Below the pieces are notes generated by a model that worked only from the letters and a program-made list of their open reading frames with translations, did not search any database and was not told the origin of the DNA. Shown here one piece after another: positions 16,187 to 24,130 of a stretch of DNA of 36,380 bases. Source of the stretch: an uncultured Planctomycetia bacterium. GTDB lineage: Bacteria; Planctomycetota; MHYJ01; CAYUME01. The first letter of the stretch is position 1. Every line of letters begins with the position of its first letter. The stretch lies in assembly GCA_964445475.1 (NCBI GenBank), contig CAYUME010000001.1, positions 1 through 36,380 on the forward strand. The letters are read 5' to 3'. The translations under genes were made by a program, and so were the position numbers.

Positions 16187-17176
16187 TTGAATACTCACGT
16201 GAGTCCAATCGTCGTGAATCGAGCCGCCGCCGTCGCGCCCCTCCTGGTGCTCTCCTGCGCGGCCCCCGTGCGCGCCGCCGACCCGCCCCCCCGCCCCCTC
16301 GTCGTCGCCCTCGTTTCCCTGAAGTCCCTCTACACGGACGGCTCCGACGCGACGGTCAACAAGGGCCACCTCGAGGCGAATCTGAAGCGCCATCTCGAGT
16401 TTGTCGACCGCGCCGCCGCAAAGGGCGCCGGGTTCATCGGGTTTCCCGGGATGTCGCTCAGCGGCTACCGCTTCAGCGCGAACACGGCCTGGCTGAGCCT
16501 CGACGGCCCCGAGGTGAAGGCCCTCGCGACGACGGCCGCCGAAAAGAAGGTCTGGATCGGCGCGGGGATCGCCGAGCGCGACGCCGTCGGAAAGCGCTGG
16601 AACACCCAGTTCGTCGTCGGCCCCGACGGCGCCGTCGCCGGCTGGCACCACAAGATCTGGCTCACGAAGGAGAAGGGCGTCGTCGAGCCGGGCACCGACC
16701 GCAACGTGTTCGACGTCGCCGGCGTGAAGACGGGGATCGTCACCCGCGCGGACGGCTCGGACTTCGCCAACCTCCGGGCGCTGGCCGACGCCGGGGCGAG
16801 GCTGATCTACGCGCTGCACTGCACCACGACGGGCGGGACGACGGCCGGCTGGTACCGGTTTCGCGCGAAGTGGGGCGGGCCGTGGGATGGCGCGATGGTG
16901 CCGGCGAAGACGACCCCCGACGGCCCCGAGGCGCCGATGCCGTCGGGCGGCTGGATCGCCCGCCTCAAGGTCCACGCCGCGCTCGTCAACCAGGCCGGGC
17001 TCTATGGCACCGACGTTCCCTCGCCGGCACCCGACGCGAACGCAGGCTGGGCGGGCGGGGCGTGGCTCATCGGGCCGGACGGCCGGACGCTGGCCCAGGT
17101 CCCCGCCTCCGCGCAAAGGTCCGACAGCCGCGAGTCCGTCTTCCTGTGCGGGGTTCCGACGGACGAGACGGAGTGA
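16187..17176 (+). CDS. Secreted carbon-nitrogen hydrolase (nitrilase superfamily) fold protein lacking catalytic Glu and Cys
   Basis: The fold motifs are recognisable: GFIGFPGMSLSGY, HHKIWL and GVKTGIVTRADGSDF...AGARLIY. The start is uncertain: TTG 16187, GTG 16199 or GTG 16214, none with a clear RBS. A signal-like AAAVAPLLVLSCAAPVRA segment is present. Confidence 0.7.
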   Translation: MNTHVSPIVVNRAAAVAPLLVLSCAAPVRAADPPPRPLVVALVSLKSLYTDGSDATVNKGHLEANLKRHLEFVDRAAAKGAGFIGFPGMSLSGYRFSANTAWLSLDGPEVKALATTAAEKKVWIGAGIAERDAVGKRWNTQFVVGPDGAVAGWHHKIWLTKEKGVVEPGTDRNVFDVAGVKTGIVTRADGSDFANLRALADAGARLIYALHCTTTGGTTAGWYRFRAKWGGPWDGAMVPAKTTPDGPEAPMPSGGWIARLKVHAALVNQAGLYGTDVPSPAPDANAGWAGGAWLIGPDGRTLAQVPASAQRSDSRESVFLCGVPTDETE

Positions 17177-17219
17177 TTATGTATACTATAATACATACGT
17201 GTGTATTTTATTATACAGA
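17177..17219. repeat. AT-rich palindromic island between convergent genes (possible bidirectional terminator or protein-binding site)
   Basis: The sequence is TTATGTATACTATAATACATACGTGTGTATTTTATTATACAGA. Hairpin 1 is TATGTAT (17178-17184) with ATACATA (17191-17197). Hairpin 2 is TGTAT (17202-17206) with ATACA (17213-17217). GTAT/ATAC units recur throughout. Confidence 0.4.
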
Positions 17220-17245
17220 TCAGGCGGCGGCGGGGCAGGCGGCGG

Positions 17246-18247
17246 TCAGTCTGCGGCCCGGGGCGTCGCTCCGGCGCCGGGGGAGGGACTTCCCATCGCG
17301 CGGACCAGAAGGAGGACGCCACGGGCCGGGATCGCCTCGTGAAGCGTGATGAGCGTCGTGTCGTCCGCGTGGTCGTCCGCCGTCTTCGCGCCGGCGCCCT
17401 TTCCCGTCCGGTTTCCGGCCTCGTTCATCGGCGCGATGCGCGCGACGTGGCCGATGGCGTTGCCGCACGCGTCGAGCACCGCCGCCCCGCTGCTGCCGGG
17501 CGCCCAGTCGGTGCTGACGTTCATGCGGAGCCGCGCGGCCCCGGCGAGCGTGGCGGGGTCCCCCTCGCGCTTCCCCAGCCAGAAGAAGCGGTTGACCATC
17601 CCGGCGCTGAAGTAGCCGCGGACGCGGAGGGGCTCGCTGAAGAGGTAGGCCGCGTCGCCGGGCGCGGCCCGGTCGTTGAGCGCGAGCGGCTCGAGCCGAT
17701 CGCCCTCCACGCGGACGATCGCGGCGTCGAGGTCCTGCCGGGCCGCCAGCACGGCCGTGACCGCACGCACCGTGCCGTCCGCCTCGACGGCGACAAGGCA
17801 CTGCTCGCGCCGGTCGGCGTCGGGCTCGAGGACGTGGTAACAGGTGGCCACGACGCCGCCGGGGGCGATGGCGTAGCCGCCGGCGAGGTTCAGGTGCCAG
17901 TTGTCGCACTTCGCGCACCGGTAGTTCCAGCCGACGCGCGCGTAGCCCGCGCGGGCGCGCGTGTAGATGTCGCGCGGCGCGAGCGGCCGGTCGGACGCCG
18001 CGGGAAGGCTGACCCGGTCGGGCCGGGGGGCCTTCAGGAGCTCCGCCACGCGCTTGCCGTCGAGCAGCCGCCCGGCCTCGCGCAGGGCCTTCGCCTGCTC
18101 CAGGAGCGTCGCGTCCCGCTCGAGGGCAACGCCGCGCTCGATCGGCACGCCCGGGGCCTGCGCGCGCAGCGGTGACGCCGCGGCGGCCGCCAGAGCGGCG
18201 ACGAGCGTCGCGCGGACGACGCGGATCCTCCCGCCCGGTGTCGTCAT
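17246..18247 (-). CDS. Secreted trypsin-like (S1/Trypsin_2) serine protease
   Basis: ORF 17246..18538 trimmed to the ATG at 18247, which is preceded by GGAGGAAA. It has a signal peptide (ATLVAALAAAAASPLRAQA). The catalytic triad context is intact: TCYHVLE (His), DLDAAIVRV (Asp) and WAPGSSGAAV (Ser). Confidence 0.85.
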   Translation of the reverse strand: MTTPGGRIRVVRATLVAALAAAAASPLRAQAPGVPIERGVALERDATLLEQAKALREAGRLLDGKRVAELLKAPRPDRVSLPAASDRPLAPRDIYTRARAGYARVGWNYRCAKCDNWHLNLAGGYAIAPGGVVATCYHVLEPDADRREQCLVAVEADGTVRAVTAVLAARQDLDAAIVRVEGDRLEPLALNDRAAPGDAAYLFSEPLRVRGYFSAGMVNRFFWLGKREGDPATLAGAARLRMNVSTDWAPGSSGAAVLDACGNAIGHVARIAPMNEAGNRTGKGAGAKTADDHADDTTLITLHEAIPARGVLLLVRAMGSPSPGAGATPRAAD

Positions 18248-18525
18248 GGTTCGTTTCCTCCGTTGACCCGCTTCCGTATTCCTCACCTCTTGGTCCCCGG
18301 CGGCGCCGCGGTTACGCGAATGTAACAGGACGCGCGCCCGGGCGGGCAGCGAAAGCGGGCCGGGAGACGGGTCTCCCCCCGGGAGCGGAGAGGGGGCCTG
18401 AACCGGGGAGCGACGACCGCAGCCGGGTTCCATGGCGGATCGAGCTCCTTCCTTATATATTAGATGGACCGCCGGTCGCGGACCCCGACCGGTGGAGCAC
18501 ACGCGTCCGGAAGGAGGATGACACC

Positions 18526-20691
18526 ATGCGAAATCCACGCCGAGGCAGGTCGCGAGCAGGCGCCTGCGTTGCCTTCGGGCTGCTGCTGCCGGCCGCGGCC
18601 GGCGAGCCGGCCCCGGGGCGCGTCCAGCTCGCCTTCGACGCCCGGCAAGCGCCCGTCGCCCACGGCGCCGCGCGGCTCCGGGCCGCGCTCGAGGCCGCCG
18701 GGTGGACGGTCGGCGACGGCGGCGACGCGGCCGCCGTGCGCCTCGAGGTGGCGTCCGACCCGGCGCCGGGCGCCGCGGAGTCTTTCCGTGTCGTCCGCGA
18801 CGGCCGTGTCCTGGCGGTCCGCGGCGGCGGGCCGGCCGGCGCGATGTACGGCGCCCTGGCCGTCGCCGAGGACCTCCGCAACGGCGTGGCCCTCCGCGAC
18901 GTCCCGGAACGCGACGAAAAAGCCCGCTTCCCCTTCCGCGCCATCAAGTTCAACCTGCCGTGGATGTCCTACCGCAAGGGCGAGTCCCTCCAGCTCCACC
19001 AGCAGACCTGCCGAGACCTGGCGTTCTGGGAAGCCTTCCTGGACAGGATGGCGGAGAACCGCTTTAACGTCCTCTCCCTCTGGGGCCTCCACCCGTTCAC
19101 GCTCCTGATCCGCCCGAAGAGCTTCCCGGAGGCCTGCGGCCTCACCGATGCCGAGCTGGCCGACTGGCAGCGCTTCTGGAAATCGCTCTTCCGCATGGCG
19201 AAGGACCGCGGCATCGAGACGTACCTCGTCAACTGGAACATCTTCGTCTCGCCGGAGCTCGCGAAGGCCCGCCACGTCGCGACGTACAGCGCCGACTGGG
19301 GCTACTTCGGCTCCGGCGACACCTCCGACCTCGTCAAGCGCTACACGCGCGAGTGCGTCACGCAGGTCCTCGACGAGTACGGGGACCTCGCCGGCCTGGG
19401 CATCACGCACGGCGAGCGGATGGGCGGGATGACGCCGGAGGAGCGCCAGCAGTGGTTCCTCGACACCGTCGTCGCCGGCATGAAGGCGGCCCGGCGCCCC
19501 GCGAAGCTCATCCACCGCGCGCCGCTCTCGGCGGGCAAGGGCTCCGGCGGGTCGACCGGGGCGGCCGTCGAGAAGATGACCCGCGTGTCGATGGAGCGGA
19601 TGGACCTGCCGCAGCCGATCTGGGTCGAGATGAAGTTCAACTGGTCCCACGCCCACTCCTCGCCGCACCTGGTCCACGTCCACGGCGGCCCGCTGACGGA
19701 CGCCTACTGGAACCCGCCGCCGACGAGCTACAAGGTCGTCTGGATGGCGCGGAACGAGGACGTCTTCTGCCTGCGCTGGGGCGAGCCGGACTTCATCCGC
19801 CGGCACGTCGCGCTCAACGGCGCGCCGCACGTCGGCGGGTACTTCGTCGGCTCGGAGTGCTACATCCCGGCGAAAGACTACTTCACGAAGGACGGCCCGC
19901 CGGCCGGTGAGCCGTACGCCTTCCAGCGGCAGTGGCTCTTCTACAAGGCGTGGGGGCGGCTCCTCTACGATCCGGACACGAAGGACGACGTCTTCGCGGC
20001 GGAGTTCCGGCGGCGGTACGGGCCGGGCGGAGACAAGGTCTTCGGGGCGCTGGTGCGGGGCAGTCGCATGCCGCTCCGCCTGGCCTCCCTCTACAAGGCG
20101 ACCTGGGACTTCACGCTCTACGCCGAGGGCTTCCTCGCCCCCGCCGCCTCGGGTGGCCGGTTCGACGGGAGCTCGCCGTTCCTCTCCGTGGACGAGCTGG
20201 TCGACCACCCGGCGCTGGACCCGGACTACGTTTCGATCCGGGACTTCGTCGCGGGGGAGGCGGCGGGGCGCGCGTTTCCCGAGGGGGCGGTCACGCCGCC
20301 CGCGCTGGCCGACGTCTTGGAGCGCGACGGCCGCGAGGCGCTGCGCCTCGTCGAGGGGGTCGCGGCGGACGGGAAGCCGGTGGCCGCCGAGATCGCCGCC
20401 TGCCGCGCCTGGGCGCACCTGAGCCTCTACTTCGCCGAGAAGCTCCGGGGCGGCGTGGCGCTGCAGCGCTTCCGTCAGTCCCGCGAGGCCGCGCGGCAGC
20501 AGGAGGCGGTCGCCCGCCTGGAGCGGGCCGTCGGGCACTGGGAGGACGTGATCCGCGTCACGGAGCCGGCCTACCGCGAGGTGCCGCTCATCCACCTGGA
20601 GAAGTACAAGGACGGACGGTTCCACTGGTCGCGGTTCCTGGCGGACGTCAAGCAGGACGTGGAGATCGCACGAAAGGGGAAACGGCCGTGA
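18526..20691 (+). CDS. Secreted putative glycoside hydrolase (GH20b/GH67N-like N-terminal domain + TIM-barrel-like core; DUF4838-like)
   Basis: The ATG at 18526 follows AAGGAGGA, and a signal peptide is present. GAMYGALAVAEDLRNG resembles the GH20b/GH67N alpha/beta domain. RFPFRAIKFNLPW...ENRFNVLSLWGLHPF resembles a TIM-barrel start. The family assignment is tentative. Confidence 0.7.
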   Translation: MRNPRRGRSRAGACVAFGLLLPAAAGEPAPGRVQLAFDARQAPVAHGAARLRAALEAAGWTVGDGGDAAAVRLEVASDPAPGAAESFRVVRDGRVLAVRGGGPAGAMYGALAVAEDLRNGVALRDVPERDEKARFPFRAIKFNLPWMSYRKGESLQLHQQTCRDLAFWEAFLDRMAENRFNVLSLWGLHPFTLLIRPKSFPEACGLTDAELADWQRFWKSLFRMAKDRGIETYLVNWNIFVSPELAKARHVATYSADWGYFGSGDTSDLVKRYTRECVTQVLDEYGDLAGLGITHGERMGGMTPEERQQWFLDTVVAGMKAARRPAKLIHRAPLSAGKGSGGSTGAAVEKMTRVSMERMDLPQPIWVEMKFNWSHAHSSPHLVHVHGGPLTDAYWNPPPTSYKVVWMARNEDVFCLRWGEPDFIRRHVALNGAPHVGGYFVGSECYIPAKDYFTKDGPPAGEPYAFQRQWLFYKAWGRLLYDPDTKDDVFAAEFRRRYGPGGDKVFGALVRGSRMPLRLASLYKATWDFTLYAEGFLAPAASGGRFDGSSPFLSVDELVDHPALDPDYVSIRDFVAGEAAGRAFPEGAVTPPALADVLERDGREALRLVEGVAADGKPVAAEIAACRAWAHLSLYFAEKLRGGVALQRFRQSREAARQQEAVARLERAVGHWEDVIRVTEPAYREVPLIHLEKYKDGRFHWSRFLADVKQDVEIARKGKRP

Positions 20692-21212
20692 CCCGCGTCC
20701 ACCATGACGACATCGCGCTCGGACAGGTGGCGGACCAGTCCCGCTGGATCCTCACCGTCCGGAAGGCGGCGCCCTTCAAGAAGACGGTACCGGTCCCCAT
20801 CCACGAAGACACGGCCCGCTACCGGCCGTACCTGCGGACGTTCCTGCGGTTCGTGGTCACCGGCACGCTGCTGGGCCCCGTCGAAGAGGACCTCGAGGGA
20901 AAGACGATCGATGCGGCCCACCGGGACACGGACACGGACCTGCACTGCTATCGCCTGTACGAGGTCGAGCACATCGGCAAATCCCCGATCTACGAGCGCT
21001 ATAAGACGACGGCCGACCTCGACGCGGAGAAGGAGCTGATCCTCTTCCTGGGCTGGAAGGCGAAGGACGAGTTCCGCTATGTCGCCTACGAGTCGATGTC
21101 GAAAAAGGGGGACGTCCTCCGGGAGATCGAGCGGATCCGGAAGGACGTGCGCACCGTATACCCGAGTGCGGGAGCCTCCCCGTCCTTCGACGAGGATCCC
21201 CCTCCCCCGTGA
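20688..21212 (+). CDS. Hypothetical protein (174 aa, no signal peptide, no recognisable domain)
   Basis: The GTG start at 20688 overlaps the upstream stop (GTGA, 20688-20691). The frame has high GC3 and a non-shadow amino-acid composition (KELILFLGWKAKDEFRYVAYESMSKKGDVLREIERIRKDV). Confidence 0.6.
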   Translation: MTRVHHDDIALGQVADQSRWILTVRKAAPFKKTVPVPIHEDTARYRPYLRTFLRFVVTGTLLGPVEEDLEGKTIDAAHRDTDTDLHCYRLYEVEHIGKSPIYERYKTTADLDAEKELILFLGWKAKDEFRYVAYESMSKKGDVLREIERIRKDVRTVYPSAGASPSFDEDPPPP

Positions 21213-21298
21213 GCCGGCTCCCCCGAATTCCCGGGGCACCGGACGGCCCCATCCGTTATAATAACGCCGGACCTCGGCACATCGCAGGGGGCGCCGCC

Positions 21299-24055
21299 GT
21301 GAGCGTGCCCGGTTTTCACCCGGAGGACGAATCGGCGGCCCGGCGGCGCTGCACGGCGACGGTGTTTCGATCCGCCGCCCTCCTCGTCCTCGCCGCCCCG
21401 GCCTTCGCGGCCGACGCGCCGATCGCGCCGGACCGGCCCACCGCGATCGCCTTCCCCGCCGCCGAGGCCCGATTCGTCCGCGTCGTCATCCACGCCACCA
21501 CGCAGGGCCAGCCGTGCCTCGACGAGCTCGAGGTGTACGGCCCGGACGGGAAGGAGAACCTGGCCCGGGCCGGCGCCGGCGCGAAGGCCTCGGCCTCCTC
21601 GTGCCTCCCCGGCTACGCCATCCACCAGGTCGGGCATCTGAACGACGGCCGGTACGGCAACGACCACAGCTGGATCGCCGCGGGGACCGAGGGCGAGTGG
21701 GCGCAGATCGAGCTGCCCCGCGCGGCGACGGTCGACCGCGTCGTCCTCTCGCGCGACCGCGAAGGGCGGTTCCGCGACCGCGTCCCCGCCGCCTTCGAGG
21801 TCCGCCTCTCCCCCGACGGCGCGGCATGGAAGACGGTCGCGCGGCGCGGCGCGGCGGTGGCGTGGCCGGTGCCGCCGCTGCCGTCCGGGACGATCCCCGA
21901 GGAGGTCCTTCTCCGCTACGCCTTCGCCTGCGAGGCGCGGGCCCTCGCGCGGATTGGGATCGACCCGGTGGCGCACGCCCTGCGCCAGACGGAGGAGCTG
22001 GCGGACCGCCTCGCCGCCCGCGGGCTGGACGTGGCGGCCGAGCGGGTTCGGCTGGCGGCGCTCCGCCGCCGGGCGGAAGCGCCGGCGTCCGACGGCGTCG
22101 ATCCCGACGCGGCGCTCGGGACGCTCGTCGCCGTCCGCCGGGCGAAGCGGGGGCTCTTCCTCCGGGACCCCGCCCTCGCGCCGCTCGAGACGGTCCTCTT
22201 CGTCAAGCGCCAGCCGTTCGTCCCCTCGCACAACTACAGCGACCTCTTCGACGCGCAGGGCGGCCCCGGCGGCGGCGTCTATCTCCTGCGGATCCCGCGC
22301 CCGGGAGGCCGGCTGGCGCCGGACGCAGCGACGCTCGTCCCCCTCTTCGAGACCCGCGACGGCGTCTGCCGCGATCCCGCCGCGGACTTCGACGCGCGCC
22401 GCGTCCTCTTCGCCTGCCGGGAGTCGCGGGACGGCTACTTCCACCTGCGGGAGGTCCGCCCCGACGGCAGCGGCCTCCGGACGCTCACGGACGGCCCCTT
22501 CCACGACGTCTACCCCTGCCCGCTCCCCGACGGCGGCCTCGCCTTCGTCTCCACCCGCTGCAAGGCGCGCTTCCTTTGCTGGCGCCCGCAGGCGTACGTC
22601 CTCTTCCGCATGGACGCCGGCGGCGGGGACATCCGTCCGCTCTCGCACGCCAACCTGAGCGAGTGGGCGCCGTCGGTGATGGGCGACGGGCGGATCCTCT
22701 GGACCCGGTCGGAGTACCTCGACAAGGGCGCCGACTTCGGCCACACCCTCTGGGCGATCCGCCCCGACGGGACCTACCCGGAGCTGGTCTTCGGCAACAA
22801 CACGCGGTTCTGCTACGCCAACGCCCGGGAGGTGCCGGAGACTGGCGAGCTCTGCTGCACGCTGATCTCGCACGGCGGCGACCTCAACGGCCCGATCGCC
22901 TTGGTCCGCCGGCAGGACACGGTCGCCGACCCCGCGGCCGTCCGCACCCTCACTCCGGACGTGAGCCCCCACTTCCACATGAGCTGGGCGCGGCGCGCGT
23001 GCTTCCGCGACCCGTTCCCGATCGGCCGGGACCTCGTCCTCTGCAGCCACGCGCCCGACGACCGGTTCGGCCTCTACGTCATCGATCGCTTCGGCAACCG
23101 GGAGGTCCTGTACCTGGACCCCGCCCTCGGCAGCATGGCGCCGTCGCCGTTCCGGGCGGTTCCGGTGCCGCCCGTGCCCGGCGGCGCGGCGGCGCAGCCG
23201 GAAGACCCGGAGCGCCTCGGCCGCCTCTTCATGAGCGACGTCTACCGGGGGCTGGCGCCGGCGGTGAAGCGCGGCGCGGTGAAGTGGCTCCGCATATGCG
23301 AGGAGGTCCGGGCCGGCCTGAAGCTCCTCCCCGACGGGCAGTACCAGAAGGACCATCCGGCATTCGAAGACTGGTACGCGACGCCGACCCACAAGGTCCG
23401 CGGCCCGCACGGCTGGCCCAGCTACGTGGCGAAGGCCTCCCTCGGCCTCGTGCCGGTCGAGGCGGACGGCTCCGCCCACTTCTACGTGCCCGCCGGCAAG
23501 GTGATCTACTTCCAGGCGTTGGACGAACGGCTCAACGAGCTGCAGCGGATGCGGAGCGTGCTCCAGCTGCAGCCGGGCGAGGCGCGGGGGTGCGTCGGCT
23601 GCCACGAGAGCCGGCTGGAGGCGCCGGCGCCGCACCCGACGACGGCCCTGCACCGGCCGCCGAGCGTCCCGCAGCCGCCGCCGTGGGGCGCGGTCCCGTT
23701 CTCGTACGAACAGGTCGTGCAGCCCGTCTGGGACGCCCGGTGCGTCCGTTGCCACGACGCGTCGGACGCGAAGGGGCTCGACCTGAGCGGGGCGCGGGAC
23801 GCCGAGAAGGTGCCCGCCTCGTACCGGACGCTGATCGAAGGGGGGTGGGTGCACTATTTCGACTACGCGTGGGGCCGCGAGCACGACAAGGCGGCCCCGC
23901 TCTCGTTCGGGACGCTCCGGAGCCGGCTCCTGTCCTTCCTCGAGCCCGGCCACCACGACGTGCGCGTGACCGCCGACGAGCGGCGCGCGGTGACGTGCTG
24001 GATCGACCTGAACGTCCCCCTCTGGCCGGACTATGTCTACCGGCCGGAGCGGTGA
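21299..24055 (+). CDS. Secreted discoidin(F5/8 type C)-like + PD40-like beta-propeller protein with two CxxCH motifs (paralogue of 9842..12379)
   Basis: I prefer the GTG at 21299 because it follows an AT-rich TTATAATAA (21256-21264). The in-frame GTG at 21209 is also possible. It has a signal sequence (FRSAALLVLAAPAFA) and discoidin-like ARFVRVVIHAT...CLDELEVYG and EWAQIELPRAATVDRVVL segments. The CxxCH motifs are at 23591-23605 and 23741-23755. Confidence 0.85.
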   Translation: MSVPGFHPEDESAARRRCTATVFRSAALLVLAAPAFAADAPIAPDRPTAIAFPAAEARFVRVVIHATTQGQPCLDELEVYGPDGKENLARAGAGAKASASSCLPGYAIHQVGHLNDGRYGNDHSWIAAGTEGEWAQIELPRAATVDRVVLSRDREGRFRDRVPAAFEVRLSPDGAAWKTVARRGAAVAWPVPPLPSGTIPEEVLLRYAFACEARALARIGIDPVAHALRQTEELADRLAARGLDVAAERVRLAALRRRAEAPASDGVDPDAALGTLVAVRRAKRGLFLRDPALAPLETVLFVKRQPFVPSHNYSDLFDAQGGPGGGVYLLRIPRPGGRLAPDAATLVPLFETRDGVCRDPAADFDARRVLFACRESRDGYFHLREVRPDGSGLRTLTDGPFHDVYPCPLPDGGLAFVSTRCKARFLCWRPQAYVLFRMDAGGGDIRPLSHANLSEWAPSVMGDGRILWTRSEYLDKGADFGHTLWAIRPDGTYPELVFGNNTRFCYANAREVPETGELCCTLISHGGDLNGPIALVRRQDTVADPAAVRTLTPDVSPHFHMSWARRACFRDPFPIGRDLVLCSHAPDDRFGLYVIDRFGNREVLYLDPALGSMAPSPFRAVPVPPVPGGAAAQPEDPERLGRLFMSDVYRGLAPAVKRGAVKWLRICEEVRAGLKLLPDGQYQKDHPAFEDWYATPTHKVRGPHGWPSYVAKASLGLVPVEADGSAHFYVPAGKVIYFQALDERLNELQRMRSVLQLQPGEARGCVGCHESRLEAPAPHPTTALHRPPSVPQPPPWGAVPFSYEQVVQPVWDARCVRCHDASDAKGLDLSGARDAEKVPASYRTLIEGGWVHYFDYAWGREHDKAAPLSFGTLRSRLLSFLEPGHHDVRVTADERRAVTCWIDLNVPLWPDYVYRPER

Positions 24056-24075
24056 GGGGCCGAAATCGGGGTTGT

Positions 24076-24112
24076 CCGTCTTCGCCTTGTTACGGAACGG
24101 GGGCGAAGGCGG
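24076..24112. terminator. Hairpin between convergent genes (bidirectional terminator candidate)
   Basis: The arms are CCGTCTTCGCC (24076-24086) and GGCGAAGGCGG (24102-24112). They form 11 bp with one G-U pair and a 15-nt loop. There is no strong U tract. Confidence 0.4.
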
Positions 24113-24130
24113 ACCAACCCCTCCCACCGC

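Noticed and set aside
13196-17116. Very long ORFs such as 13196..17116 (-, 1306 aa), 13375..17349 (+, 1324 aa), 21086..24127 (-, 1013 aa), 9629..12478 (-, 949 aa), 21514..24318 (+), 24158..26488 (+) and 851..2428 (-).
   Set aside because: Their translations are dominated by Arg/Pro/Gly/Ala runs with no recognisable motifs. They overlap, in other frames or on the other strand, genes with clear family signatures. These are typical shadow ORFs caused by stop-codon scarcity in high-GC DNA.
21209-21298. The GTG at 21209, overlapping the upstream TGA, as the start of the second propeller/CxxCH gene.
   Set aside because: The first 30 residues (SRLPRIPGAPDGPIRYNNAGPRHIAGGAA) are not signal-like. This stretch also contains the only AT-rich promoter-like patch (TTATAATAA, 21256-21264). 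The GTG at 21299 directly precedes the signal peptide. The longer form cannot be excluded without data.
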